Positions 20,619 to 29,651 of a stretch of 64,000 nt of DNA are shown in pieces. The notes under the pieces are model-generated. The model made no database searches and was not told where the DNA came from. It worked only from the letters and a program-made list of their open reading frames with translations. Position 1 is the first letter of the stretch; the number at the start of each line of letters is the position of its first letter. Source of the DNA: Bacilli bacterium (GTDB lineage: Bacteria > Bacillota_I > Bacilli_A > RF39 > UBA660); NCBI GenBank assembly GCA_017436345.1, contig JAFSDH010000005.1, positions 11,783 through 75,782 on the forward strand, in the 5' to 3' direction. The position numbers and the translations under genes are program-made.

Positions 20619-21704
20619 TTATTTATGTTTTACATCAATAATTACATATTCAGAATGTCTAGATGTCCTAATTGGATATCCCCATCCTACTAAACCAGAA
20701 GATACTATCGCATCCATTCCTTCTACATTCTTATAACCATACGATAAATCGGCTGTTTTAAATAACTTTATAAATAATTCTGTTGGAAATATTTGACCTC
20801 CATGCGTATGACCTGACATTATTAAATCAATACTATTTTTTACATTTTCATCATATTTTACTGGTTGATGATCAACCATAATTAAATATTTATTAGACAT
20901 ATCTTTATCTAAAATATCATCAATACTTTTTCTTTTAAAACTATAGTCTTCTCTACCAATTAAAATAATTTCCCCATTAATATTAACATAACTATCTTTT
21001 AAGACTTTAATATCATTTCCTAAAAGAGTCTTTTCAATATCTTCTTCTGTATAATCTTGATTTACAGTATAAACTTGTCTATCGTGATTTCCATAAACAA
21101 AATATGTGCCATACCTACTCTTTATACTGCCAAATACACTAAATACATATTCCATCTCTTCTTTAGATGTATCCTCATCAACAATATCCCCACCTAAAAT
21201 AACTAAATCAGGACTTACTGCATCTAAACGCTTCTTTAAAGCACTTAAACCATCCTTACCAAGTACTTCATTATAATGTGAATCACTAATAAATAATATT
21301 CTTAAATCTTCACTTACCTCATCAGAATAAACTTGATACTTGACTTCAATTATGTTTCTAATATTTAAATATCCATATCCCATTATTAAAATTGATATTA
21401 ATAACGGTACAATCGATAATTTATAAATATTAATCATTATCTTATTATTTATAAATTTCTTTAATAATAAATATATCAAATCTATAAATAAAGATGTAAA
21501 TACAAAATGTATTAAAAATAATCCAACTATACTAAATAAATTTAAACTTAATAAAGCAAATATAATTCCTAATAATATAAACTTTTTATTTATATCTTTA
21601 TTAAAAATAGAACCAAATCTTTTTATTAATTTATAATAGTAAAAAGAAATACCGATTACTAATAATATAAATAATAAAACAACTAATATAATTAAAAAAG
21701 TCAT
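20619..21704 (-). CDS. Membrane-bound metallophosphoesterase (YkuE-like)
   Basis: SDSH, GGDIVD, GNHD and SGHTHGGQ motifs. Confidence 0.92.
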   Translation of the reverse strand: MTFLIILVVLLFILLVIGISFYYYKLIKRFGSIFNKDINKKFILLGIIFALLSLNLFSIVGLFLIHFVFTSLFIDLIYLLLKKFINNKIMINIYKLSIVPLLISILIMGYGYLNIRNIIEVKYQVYSDEVSEDLRILFISDSHYNEVLGKDGLSALKKRLDAVSPDLVILGGDIVDEDTSKEEMEYVFSVFGSIKSRYGTYFVYGNHDRQVYTVNQDYTEEDIEKTLLGNDIKVLKDSYVNINGEIILIGREDYSFKRKSIDDILDKDMSNKYLIMVDHQPVKYDENVKNSIDLIMSGHTHGGQIFPTELFIKLFKTADLSYGYKNVEGMDAIVSSGLVGWGYPIRTSRHSEYVIIDVKHK

Positions 21705-21722
21705 ATTATTCCTCCTAGATGC

Positions 21723-22382
21723 CTATAAGCTATTTTCATTTTTCTTTTTTAAATGTGATAAAGTAAATACAAATATAACAACTAATACTATACAAATTAT
21801 TAACCTTATATATAAAGAAGTAGCATTTTCACTTACTTTACTTTCTCCAATACTAGTTGCAAGTTCTGTTTTACTAACATGAATTTCTATACCTTTTTCT
21901 ACACTATCCCACTTATATGTATTTTCAGAAATACTAGTAGCATTATTATAAACAACTTTCTTATCTGTTTTAAAAATTACTTCAAAATCATAACCTTTAC
22001 AATAATATTCACCAGATGTTGAAATATTAATAAAATTATCTTTATCAACAACATTTACATTTTCAAAACAAGTATTAATTAAAGGCGATATAACAAACTT
22101 ATTCCCCATATCAAATTTATATCTTTTATTTTCTCCATCTAAAGCATATAAATAAGAATTATTATCATCTATCTTTAAATATTCACTACCATTATCATAT
22201 TTAATTAAATCTCTTTCATCTTCTTCACTTAACTCCGATAAAACAATTTCTTCTGTAAACCTATCATTTTCATAAGTAAGAGTATACTTTCCTTTACATC
22301 CACAACAAGCAAATAAGACAAGAACAAATAAAAATATTAACTTTTTCTTTTTCATATTATCACCTATCTTAATAATAACCAA
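21723..22382 (-). CDS. Putative lipoprotein with C-terminal TM
   Basis: Lipobox-like ACCGC and a C-terminal TM with basic tail. Confidence 0.6.
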   Translation of the reverse strand: MVIIKIGDNMKKKKLIFLFVLVLFACCGCKGKYTLTYENDRFTEEIVLSELSEEDERDLIKYDNGSEYLKIDDNNSYLYALDGENKRYKFDMGNKFVISPLINTCFENVNVVDKDNFINISTSGEYYCKGYDFEVIFKTDKKVVYNNATSISENTYKWDSVEKGIEIHVSKTELATSIGESKVSENATSLYIRLIICIVLVVIFVFTLSHLKKKNENSL

Positions 22383-23400
22383 TTATGTAACCAAATGGAT
22401 CTGCACGTTCAGAAGGAAACATATAAAACTTATATATAGATCCATATACATTATAAATAACTGTATCATCTTTTATATAATTACTTCTATTCTTAATATC
22501 AGCAGCTGAAGTTAATGTTTTACCACCAACTATTATTTTACAAATATCACCTTTATTACCATTACTACAATATTTTCCATTATTACAAAACCAACAATCA
22601 TGTTCAACAACATTACTAGGCATAACTCTGTTACCATTTACTAAAACATCTTTAACAGCCGCTAAAATTTCTGGAGTATAACTACCATTATCCATATGAT
22701 CAGCAGCATGAGCAAACCATCTACCAGTTCTTACATAATTATATAAACCATCTCCACCAGTACCATAATTTTTCCCTTTACTCTCAAATAAATTAGCCAT
22801 TAAAGTAGCTTCGGCAGCTGCTCCTGCTACACTACCTTGTTCAGCTTTACATACACGAGCAAGATGAATTAATTGTGTTTCAGTTAAATCATATTTAGTT
22901 GATGGAAAAACCTCACCTGATGGTGAACTACTACTAGAAGAACTATTATTCTTTTCAGCTTCTTCTGCTTCTTTTTCATTTTCTTTACGCGCTTGTTCAC
23001 GAAGTTCTTCAACAGCTTTTCTCTCATCATCCGCTTTTTTCTTTTCTTGAGCCTTTTTCTCTTCATCAATCAAACGTCTAGCTTCCTCTAATTCTTTTAC
23101 TTCAGCAATTGTTTCATTATTAGCATTTATCCAACAAAAAGATGTTTGATAACCATCACTTCCTAATAAAGATAACAATAAATTAACAAAGGTTGGAACA
23201 AAAAATACTAATACCGCCGCAATAGCTTTCTTTATTGTCCCCTTAATTTTTTGATTATATACATTAGTATCTCCACCTACCATTTTAAATACATCAACAC
23301 TAACCATTAAAATTAAAATAATAGGTACAATTATACTAATAAAATTAATAACATCTTTTAATAATAAAACAACACTTAATACCCCAGAATTTTCACACAT
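22369..23400 (-). CDS. Two-TM (pilin-like) N-terminus, coiled coil and SleB-like cell-wall hydrolase domain
   Basis: LARVCKAEQG..GAAAEATLMAN resembles the Hydrolase_2 catalytic helix. Confidence 0.5.
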   Translation of the reverse strand: MCENSGVLSVVLLLKDVINFISIIVPIILILMVSVDVFKMVGGDTNVYNQKIKGTIKKAIAAVLVFFVPTFVNLLLSLLGSDGYQTSFCWINANNETIAEVKELEEARRLIDEEKKAQEKKKADDERKAVEELREQARKENEKEAEEAEKNNSSSSSSSPSGEVFPSTKYDLTETQLIHLARVCKAEQGSVAGAAAEATLMANLFESKGKNYGTGGDGLYNYVRTGRWFAHAADHMDNGSYTPEILAAVKDVLVNGNRVMPSNVVEHDCWFCNNGKYCSNGNKGDICKIIVGGKTLTSAADIKNRSNYIKDDTVIYNVYGSIYKFYMFPSERADPFGYIIGYY

Positions 23401-23454
23401 ACTATCACCTACTATACTACTAAAAACATTATAACATAAAAAAGAAATAGATAT

Positions 23455-24729
23455 CTATTTCTTTAGACATAAATCTAACTCTGAAATAATTTTATCATTA
23501 TCCATGTTTTTTCCAATAAATACAAGCTTAATCATTCTATCCCCAACCTCATCATTCCAATCTTTATCAAGTTTGGGTTCTATTTCTCTTAGTTTATCTT
23601 GTTCTTCTTTAGGAAGCATAACAAACCATTCTCCAGCTTCCATTAACATCTTTTGACTACCAGCTTGTTCAAACATATAACACATATTATCTTCATCAGC
23701 AAAATATAAAACACCTTTACAACGGATAATAGATTTATCAAAATTATTAACAAAATTCATAAACTTTTCACGATCAAAACCACATCTTACATAATAAACA
23801 AAAGTACTTATACCATATTCATCTGTATGATTATGTTCCCCATGACAACAATGACCATGTCCATGACCCTCATCATGGCAATGACATTCATGACCTTCAT
23901 CATGGCAATGACATTCATGACCTTCATCATGGCAATGACATTCATGATCATGATGATGACAATGATGTTCATGATCATGTTCTTCTAAATCACTTTCAAT
24001 ACCAACAGCCCATCCTGCAGAAGATAGTGCTTTTTCAAAATCAAACATTTTAACATCTAAAATATCATCTAAATTAACTTTAGCATAATTTGTCTCAATT
24101 ATCTTAGCACGTGGTTGTAATTGCTTAATTACTGCTTTAATTTCTTCTAATTGTTCTTTTTTTATTTCATCTACTTTATTAAGTACTACTACATCACAAA
24201 ATTCTAATTGTTGAATAATAAGATTTTCAATATCATCACTAGCAACATCTTTATTAGTCAAACTTTCTCCACAACCAAATTCATCTACTAATCTTAAACT
24301 ATCAGTAACGGTAATAACACCATCTAATCTAACAACATCAGGAAGACCTTGTTCTGCCATCATATCATTCATAGCCATAATAGATTGGGCAATAGGAATA
24401 GGTTCACAAATACCACTAGCTTCAATAAGTAAATAATCAAATTTATCCATATCATATATTTCTGCTATTTGTTCAATTAAATCAGTCTTTAAATTACAGC
24501 AAATACATCCATTTGATAAAGCAACTAAATTATTATCTTTTTCAGTAACTACTCCACCCTTTTGAATTAATTCCGCATCTATATTTACTTCACCAATATC
24601 ATTAACAATAACTGCTATTTTTTTTCCTTCTTGATTATTTAAAATATGATTAATTAAAGTAGTCTTTCCACTACCTAAATAACCTGTTAACAAAGTAATT
24701 GGTAAAACTTTTAAATTCATAATATTCAC
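23455..24729 (-). CDS. CobW/COG0523 GTPase metallochaperone
   Basis: GYLGSGKTT, GCICC, EASG and NKVD motifs, plus a His/Cys-rich insert. Confidence 0.93.
   Translation of the reverse strand: MNIMNLKVLPITLLTGYLGSGKTTLINHILNNQEGKKIAVIVNDIGEVNIDAELIQKGGVVTEKDNNLVALSNGCICCNLKTDLIEQIAEIYDMDKFDYLLIEASGICEPIPIAQSIMAMNDMMAEQGLPDVVRLDGVITVTDSLRLVDEFGCGESLTNKDVASDDIENLIIQQLEFCDVVVLNKVDEIKKEQLEEIKAVIKQLQPRAKIIETNYAKVNLDDILDVKMFDFEKALSSAGWAVGIESDLEEHDHEHHCHHHDHECHCHDEGHECHCHDEGHECHCHDEGHGHGHCCHGEHNHTDEYGISTFVYYVRCGFDREKFMNFVNNFDKSIIRCKGVLYFADEDNMCYMFEQAGSQKMLMEAGEWFVMLPKEEQDKLREIEPKLDKDWNDEVGDRMIKLVFIGKNMDNDKIISELDLCLKK
23863..23950. repeat. 27-bp tandem repeat encoding HECHCHDEG three times
   Basis: Unit tcatcatggcaatgacattcatgacct is repeated. 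Confidence 0.85.
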
Positions 24730-24790
24730 CTCAAAATAAATTATATCATATCTATTTACAAAATATAAATTTAATGATTAAATAAAATTA

Positions 24791-24880
24791 TCTTTTATTA
24801 AGAACGAGGGAGAGACTAAGCTCAATGAACTCGTACCAACCTGCAGAAGTAAGGTGGTAAAGCTAGACCAATGAAGGAAA
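24791..24880 (+). ncRNA. SAM-I-type riboswitch
   Basis: ttattaagaacgagggagagactaagctcaatgaactcgtaccaacctgc..gtaaggtggtaa follows the S-box pattern; lies upstream of metK and is followed by a terminator. Confidence 0.85.
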
Positions 24881-24896
24881 GAACTAGATAACTTTC

Positions 24897-24923
24897 AAAG
24901 CTCTTTTCTAAAGAGCTTTTTTT
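24897..24923 (+). terminator. Riboswitch terminator
   Basis: aaagctcttt-tct-aaagagcttt followed by a T run. Confidence 0.8.
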
Positions 24924-24945
24924 AATAAAAGAAAAAGGAGGATAT

Positions 24946-26040
24946 ATGAAATATTTTTTTACCAGTGAATCAGTAACTGAAGGTCACCCAGATAAAATGT
25001 GTGATAAAATAGCTGATAAAATTTTAGATAGTGCTTTAGCACAAGATAAAAATTCAAAGATGGCAGTTGAGGCCACTATTAAAGAAGATTTAATTCTAAT
25101 ATATGGAGAAGCTAAAACAAATGCTAACTTAGACTATGAAAAAATCGCAAAAGATGTTGTAAAAGAAATTGGGTATACAGAAGATTTCCAAGTTTTAGTA
25201 AAAGTCAGTGAACAATCAATAGAAATTAATCAAGCAGTTCAAAAAGATAAAACTTGTGCAGGAGACCAAGGAATTATGTTTGGTTATGCAACCAATGAAA
25301 CCGATACATTTATGCCTATGCCTATTTACTATGCACATTTACTAGCAAAACAACTAACAAAAGTTAGAAAAGAAGATATAAATAGTCCCCTAAAACCAGA
25401 CGGAAAAACTCAAGTAACAATTGAATACATAAATGATAAACCAAAACGCATTGATACTATAATCGTATCCAGTCAACATATCAATGATATTACTCAAGAA
25501 GAATTACATGATTATATAAAAGAAAAAGTATTAGAACCAATTATCCCAAAAGAATTAATTGACAAAAACACTAAAGTCTATATAAATACAAGTGGATCAT
25601 TTACAATTGGTGGTCCATTTGGAGATAGTGGTACAACTGGAAGAAAAATAGTTGTTGACACATATGGTGGTTTTTCTAAAGTAGGTGGAGGATGTTTTTC
25701 TAGTAAAGATCCATCTAAAGTTGATAGAAGTGCCGCATATTACGCTAGATACGTTGCAAAAAATGTTGTTTCACATAACTTTTGTGACAAATGTGAAATT
25801 CAACTATCATATGCTATTGGAAAAGAATATCCAATCTCTATTTATATAGATACTTTTAATACTGAAAAAATAGACAAAGAAAAAATCTACAAATATATTG
25901 AAGATAATTTTAATTTCTCAGTAGATAACATTATCAAAGAATTAGATTTAAAAAGACCTATATATTATGACTTAGCTGCATATGGTCATTTTGGAAGAAA
26001 AGACCTAAATTTAACCTGGGAACAAATAAAAGAGGATTAA
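24946..26040 (+). CDS. metK: S-adenosylmethionine synthetase
   Basis: FTSESVTEGHPDK, AGDQG, GRKIVVDTYGG and KDPSKVDRS motifs. Confidence 0.98.
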   Translation: MKYFFTSESVTEGHPDKMCDKIADKILDSALAQDKNSKMAVEATIKEDLILIYGEAKTNANLDYEKIAKDVVKEIGYTEDFQVLVKVSEQSIEINQAVQKDKTCAGDQGIMFGYATNETDTFMPMPIYYAHLLAKQLTKVRKEDINSPLKPDGKTQVTIEYINDKPKRIDTIIVSSQHINDITQEELHDYIKEKVLEPIIPKELIDKNTKVYINTSGSFTIGGPFGDSGTTGRKIVVDTYGGFSKVGGGCFSSKDPSKVDRSAAYYARYVAKNVVSHNFCDKCEIQLSYAIGKEYPISIYIDTFNTEKIDKEKIYKYIEDNFNFSVDNIIKELDLKRPIYYDLAAYGHFGRKDLNLTWEQIKED

Positions 26041-26050
26041 TCCTCTTTTT
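26029..26050. terminator. Bidirectional terminator between metK and the LysM amidase
   Basis: aaagaggat-ta-atcctcttt flanked by A and T runs. Confidence 0.7.
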
Positions 26051-27068
26051 AATTTGGTATTTTTAAAACTTGACCTATACTTAAATTATTACCAGTTAAA
26101 TTATTAAGCCTTTTTATTTCATCCACAGTTGTATTATATTTTCTTGCTATCGCGTATAAACTATCTCCACTTATTACAGTATAAGTAATACTATTAATAT
26201 TGTTATTGTTACTACTAGGTATCTTTAAAACTTGACCTATACTTAAATTATTACTAGTTAAATTATTAAGTCTTTTTATTTCATCCACAGTTGTATTATA
26301 TTTTCTTGCTATCGCATATAAACTATCTCCACTTATTACAGTATAAGTAATATTGTTACTATTAACACTACTAGGTATCTTTAAAACTTGACCTATACTT
26401 AAATTATTACTAGTTAAATTATTAAGTCTTTTTATTTCATCCACTGTTGTATTATATTTTCTTGCTATCGCGTATAAACTATCTCCAACTACTACTGTAT
26501 AATAACCACCCTCATCAACTATACCACCAGTATAAGAAATAATTCCTTTTACAACAGCTTCTGCCATCTGTCTCCATCTATTTTTTATTTCAATACTATC
26601 ATTATAATTATTTACATTTCCATATTTAATAATAATTGTTTCATTATTAGCAGTATCTCTAATTATTTCTTCACTATCCAAAACAGGATTATCTTCATCT
26701 CTTAATTGATAAAAATCATTTATATTAAAATTACCATCACTTAAATACTTTACTATTTCTTCTGCTAAATAATCTTCATCTCTTAAAGCATATATAATAT
26801 CTATTCCATTACCAATATTACTAAGTTCATTAGAAATAACTAAAACATCACTACTCGTCCCAAACTGATCCTTAATTAAATTAACTCTCTCACTAACACT
26901 TAAATTATAATCCCCATCTCTTGTTAAATATGCTTTAATACCTTCTCCATTTAACCTATCATAAATATATTTAGATATTAAATAAGTATATTCTTTCTCA
27001 ATAATATTATTTCCAACAACACCATTATCACTACCACCTCTACTCGCATCTATAACTATATATTTCAT
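26049..27068 (-). CDS. Amidase_3-like domain (degenerate) plus three LysM domains
   Basis: IDASRGG replaces IDAGHGG; three YTV..GDSLYAIARKY repeats. Confidence 0.88.
   Translation of the reverse strand: MKYIVIDASRGGSDNGVVGNNIIEKEYTYLISKYIYDRLNGEGIKAYLTRDGDYNLSVSERVNLIKDQFGTSSDVLVISNELSNIGNGIDIIYALRDEDYLAEEIVKYLSDGNFNINDFYQLRDEDNPVLDSEEIIRDTANNETIIIKYGNVNNYNDSIEIKNRWRQMAEAVVKGIISYTGGIVDEGGYYTVVVGDSLYAIARKYNTTVDEIKRLNNLTSNNLSIGQVLKIPSSVNSNNITYTVISGDSLYAIARKYNTTVDEIKRLNNLTSNNLSIGQVLKIPSSNNNNINSITYTVISGDSLYAIARKYNTTVDEIKRLNNLTGNNLSIGQVLKIPN
26055..26502. repeat. Three near-identical LysM-coding repeats (about 150-160 bp period)
   Basis: Near-identical nucleotide units are visible. Confidence 0.9.
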
Positions 27069-27133
27069 ATCTTCACCAATATATAATATGAATTTAATTA
27101 AAAAAATGCTATAATATAAATATAGGAGGAATT

Positions 27134-27769
27134 ATGAAAAACAAATTTATATCAAAAGTATTTGCTTGGCTATGCATTGGTCTATTAATAACATTTGGCA
27201 TAGGTTATGCAGTAACATTAAATGAAGAATTAACATACTTATTATTAAGTAATTGGGGAATCATTTCTATTATTGAAGTAATTTCCTGTATTGTATTAAC
27301 TATTTTTATAAACAAAATGTCTAATACAACAGCAAAACTATTATATTTATTACACTGTGCATTAACTGGGGTAACATTCACAGCTGTATTCTTAGCTTTT
27401 GAATTAACATCAATCCTTTGGGTTATACTCGCAACAGCTATTATATTTGGTGTATTTGCTGCAATTGGATCAAAATTAAAAATTGATTTATCAGGATTTG
27501 GAACATTCTTATTAATAGCATTATTAGGACTATTAGTCTTAACACTTTTAAATATTTTCTTACTAGATAGTGCTCTTAATATGACAATAAGTTTTGTATC
27601 AATTTTTATTTTCTCAGGATATATCGCCTACGATATGAATAGAATAATTAAACTAAGTCGTTTCGAATTAGATGATAAATATGCTGTTTTTTGGGCCTTT
27701 CAATTGTATTTAGATATTATTAATATAATCTTAGATTTACTAAATTTAACAGGAAATAGTAGAGATTAA
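27134..27769 (+). CDS. Bax inhibitor-1/YccA family membrane protein
   Basis: About seven TMs; IAYD and LYLDIINI motifs. Confidence 0.9.
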   Translation: MKNKFISKVFAWLCIGLLITFGIGYAVTLNEELTYLLLSNWGIISIIEVISCIVLTIFINKMSNTTAKLLYLLHCALTGVTFTAVFLAFELTSILWVILATAIIFGVFAAIGSKLKIDLSGFGTFLLIALLGLLVLTLLNIFLLDSALNMTISFVSIFIFSGYIAYDMNRIIKLSRFELDDKYAVFWAFQLYLDIINIILDLLNLTGNSRD

Positions 27770-27781
27770 AAAAAGAAGAAT

Positions 27782-28012
27782 TTAATTCTTCTTTTTTTTA
27801 TTATTAACAGGAACTGGATCATATCCTGAAGTTCCCCAAGGATTGCATCTACATATTCTTTTTATACCTAAATATGTTCCTTTTAACGAACCGTGTTTAT
27901 CAATAGCTTCAATCATATAATTAGAACAAGTCGGAATATGACGACAACTATCGTGCCATGGTCCAGGAATCTTTTGATAAACTTTAACCACACCAATTAA
28001 TACTTTTTTCAT
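27782..28012 (-). CDS. yidD: Membrane protein insertion efficiency factor
   Basis: CRHIPTCS...RICRCNPWGTSGYDPVP. Confidence 0.93.
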   Translation of the reverse strand: MKKVLIGVVKVYQKIPGPWHDSCRHIPTCSNYMIEAIDKHGSLKGTYLGIKRICRCNPWGTSGYDPVPVNNKKKKN

Positions 28013-28908
28013 TATAAATACTTTTCAAAATTTCCATCAACACCAACACCATTAGTTTTAACCATAAATGCATTTGGATCTAAAACATTTAGGTGTCGTT
28101 CTAAACGTTGTAATTCATACTTAGATAAAACAATATAAGTAATATATGTAGTTGAATTATCATATCCACCCTTAGCTTCCCAAGTAGTAGAACCTCTTTC
28201 AATTTCATTACCTGCAAAATCAATAATCTTTTTAGGATGTTTCTTAGTAAAGACAATTGCTGTTGAACATACATTTTGTTCATGTCTATTATCAAGTACC
28301 ATAGAATAAAATGCCGAATATATAATTGAATAAATCATTGTTGTAACACCATACAATAAACCACAAATACCATATATAACAACATTAACACTTAAATCTA
28401 ACTTACCAACAGAGAAATTTCTATTCTTTTTAGTAATCGCAATACCAATAATATCAGTACCACCACCACTAGCACCAGCAGAAAGTGTCATTCCACCACC
28501 AATACCAGCAATTATCCCACCTATTAATACTGAAGTTAATATCTCAGGAACGATAGGAGTTTCTAAAACCGGAATAACTGTTAAAAATACAGTTTGAATT
28601 GAAACACAAAATAAAGTTCTTGCAAAAAAAGTTTTACTAACAGTTTTATAAGCTAATATAAATAAAGGAATATTTAAAGCATAGTTCAAAATACCTGCTA
28701 TATCAAAATCAAAACTTAAATCAAAAGTATCTACTAAAAAAGTTCTAACTAATTGTGAAAAACCAATAACACCACCATTATATAAACCCATTGGTACGAT
28801 AAATATATTTAGAGCTACACAAAATAATAAAATACCTAAAACAGCTTTAAAAAACTCTTCAAACTTCCATTTAAATATATTACTAACATTATTCTTAATT
28901 TTTTTCAT
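28012..28908 (-). CDS. YitT family membrane protein
   Basis: GLYNGG, SGGGTDI, RGST and DPNAF motifs. Confidence 0.9.
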   Translation of the reverse strand: MKKIKNNVSNIFKWKFEEFFKAVLGILLFCVALNIFIVPMGLYNGGVIGFSQLVRTFLVDTFDLSFDFDIAGILNYALNIPLFILAYKTVSKTFFARTLFCVSIQTVFLTVIPVLETPIVPEILTSVLIGGIIAGIGGGMTLSAGASGGGTDIIGIAITKKNRNFSVGKLDLSVNVVIYGICGLLYGVTTMIYSIIYSAFYSMVLDNRHEQNVCSTAIVFTKKHPKKIIDFAGNEIERGSTTWEAKGGYDNSTTYITYIVLSKYELQRLERHLNVLDPNAFMVKTNGVGVDGNFEKYL

Positions 28909-28984
28909 AATACCACCTCAAAAAATAACATAGATATTTTAACATATTTTTCAAAAAAGAAAACACTTTTTTTAAGTGTTTAAT

Positions 28985-29212
28985 TTATTTATCTGAAGAT
29001 GGTTCTAAATAAACAGCATTTTCTTCTTTTTCATTAACCATATTCATAACTTTTTGTAATTCTTCATAAATAATTTCTAGATGACCAACTAAAGTAACAG
29101 GAATATAAGCATCACCAAAATTCTTAAAATAATTAATATTATTTTCTGTCTTTTTCATAAGATCTTCTAATTCTTTTTTATATTTAACAATACTATTCAT
29201 CTTCATCACCAT
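28985..29212 (-). CDS. Small hypothetical protein
   Basis: Overlaps the upstream ORF; helical character. Confidence 0.5.
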   Translation of the reverse strand: MVMKMNSIVKYKKELEDLMKKTENNINYFKNFGDAYIPVTLVGHLEIIYEELQKVMNMVNEKEENAVYLEPSSDK

Positions 29213-29552
29213 TTTCCACCAAATCAGTTTCTAAAACAGTTACTTTATCCTTTTGATATTCATTCCAGTCATTAAAAATTCTTTCAAAAAGTTCTTCTAT
29301 CATCTTACATTCCTCATCTATTATTTTAGATGAATCATTTACTTGATCAACAAACTTTTCAGACCATTCTTTATCTTCACTTTTTTTGTTAACATAGTCT
29401 AATACATTTTTATATTTCCCTAAATCTTTAACAGCTTCTTTTGAAATATCTTTAATATTACCTATAAGTTTAACAAAATCATCATGTGATATACCCTTAA
29501 CTAAAATAGAATTAGGAATATTTGTATTATTAATCTTACTAATTTTTTCCAT
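29193..29552 (-). CDS. Hypothetical helical protein
   Basis: 119-aa ORF with a GGAG RBS. Confidence 0.6.
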   Translation of the reverse strand: MEKISKINNTNIPNSILVKGISHDDFVKLIGNIKDISKEAVKDLGKYKNVLDYVNKKSEDKEWSEKFVDQVNDSSKIIDEECKMIEELFERIFNDWNEYQKDKVTVLETDLVENGDEDE

Positions 29553-29651
29553 AACTCCACCCCTTTTCTTTATTCTAATATCTCATAATAAATATAACAC
29601 TTTATTAAAAAAACAGCAATAAATAAGCACAAATATATCTTATCCTTACAC

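Noticed and set aside
23863-23950. 27-bp repeats as CRISPR
   Set aside because: They are contiguous coding repeats without spacers.
26055-26502. Repeat array as CRISPR
   Set aside because: The units are in-frame LysM domains with no unique spacers, and there are no cas genes.
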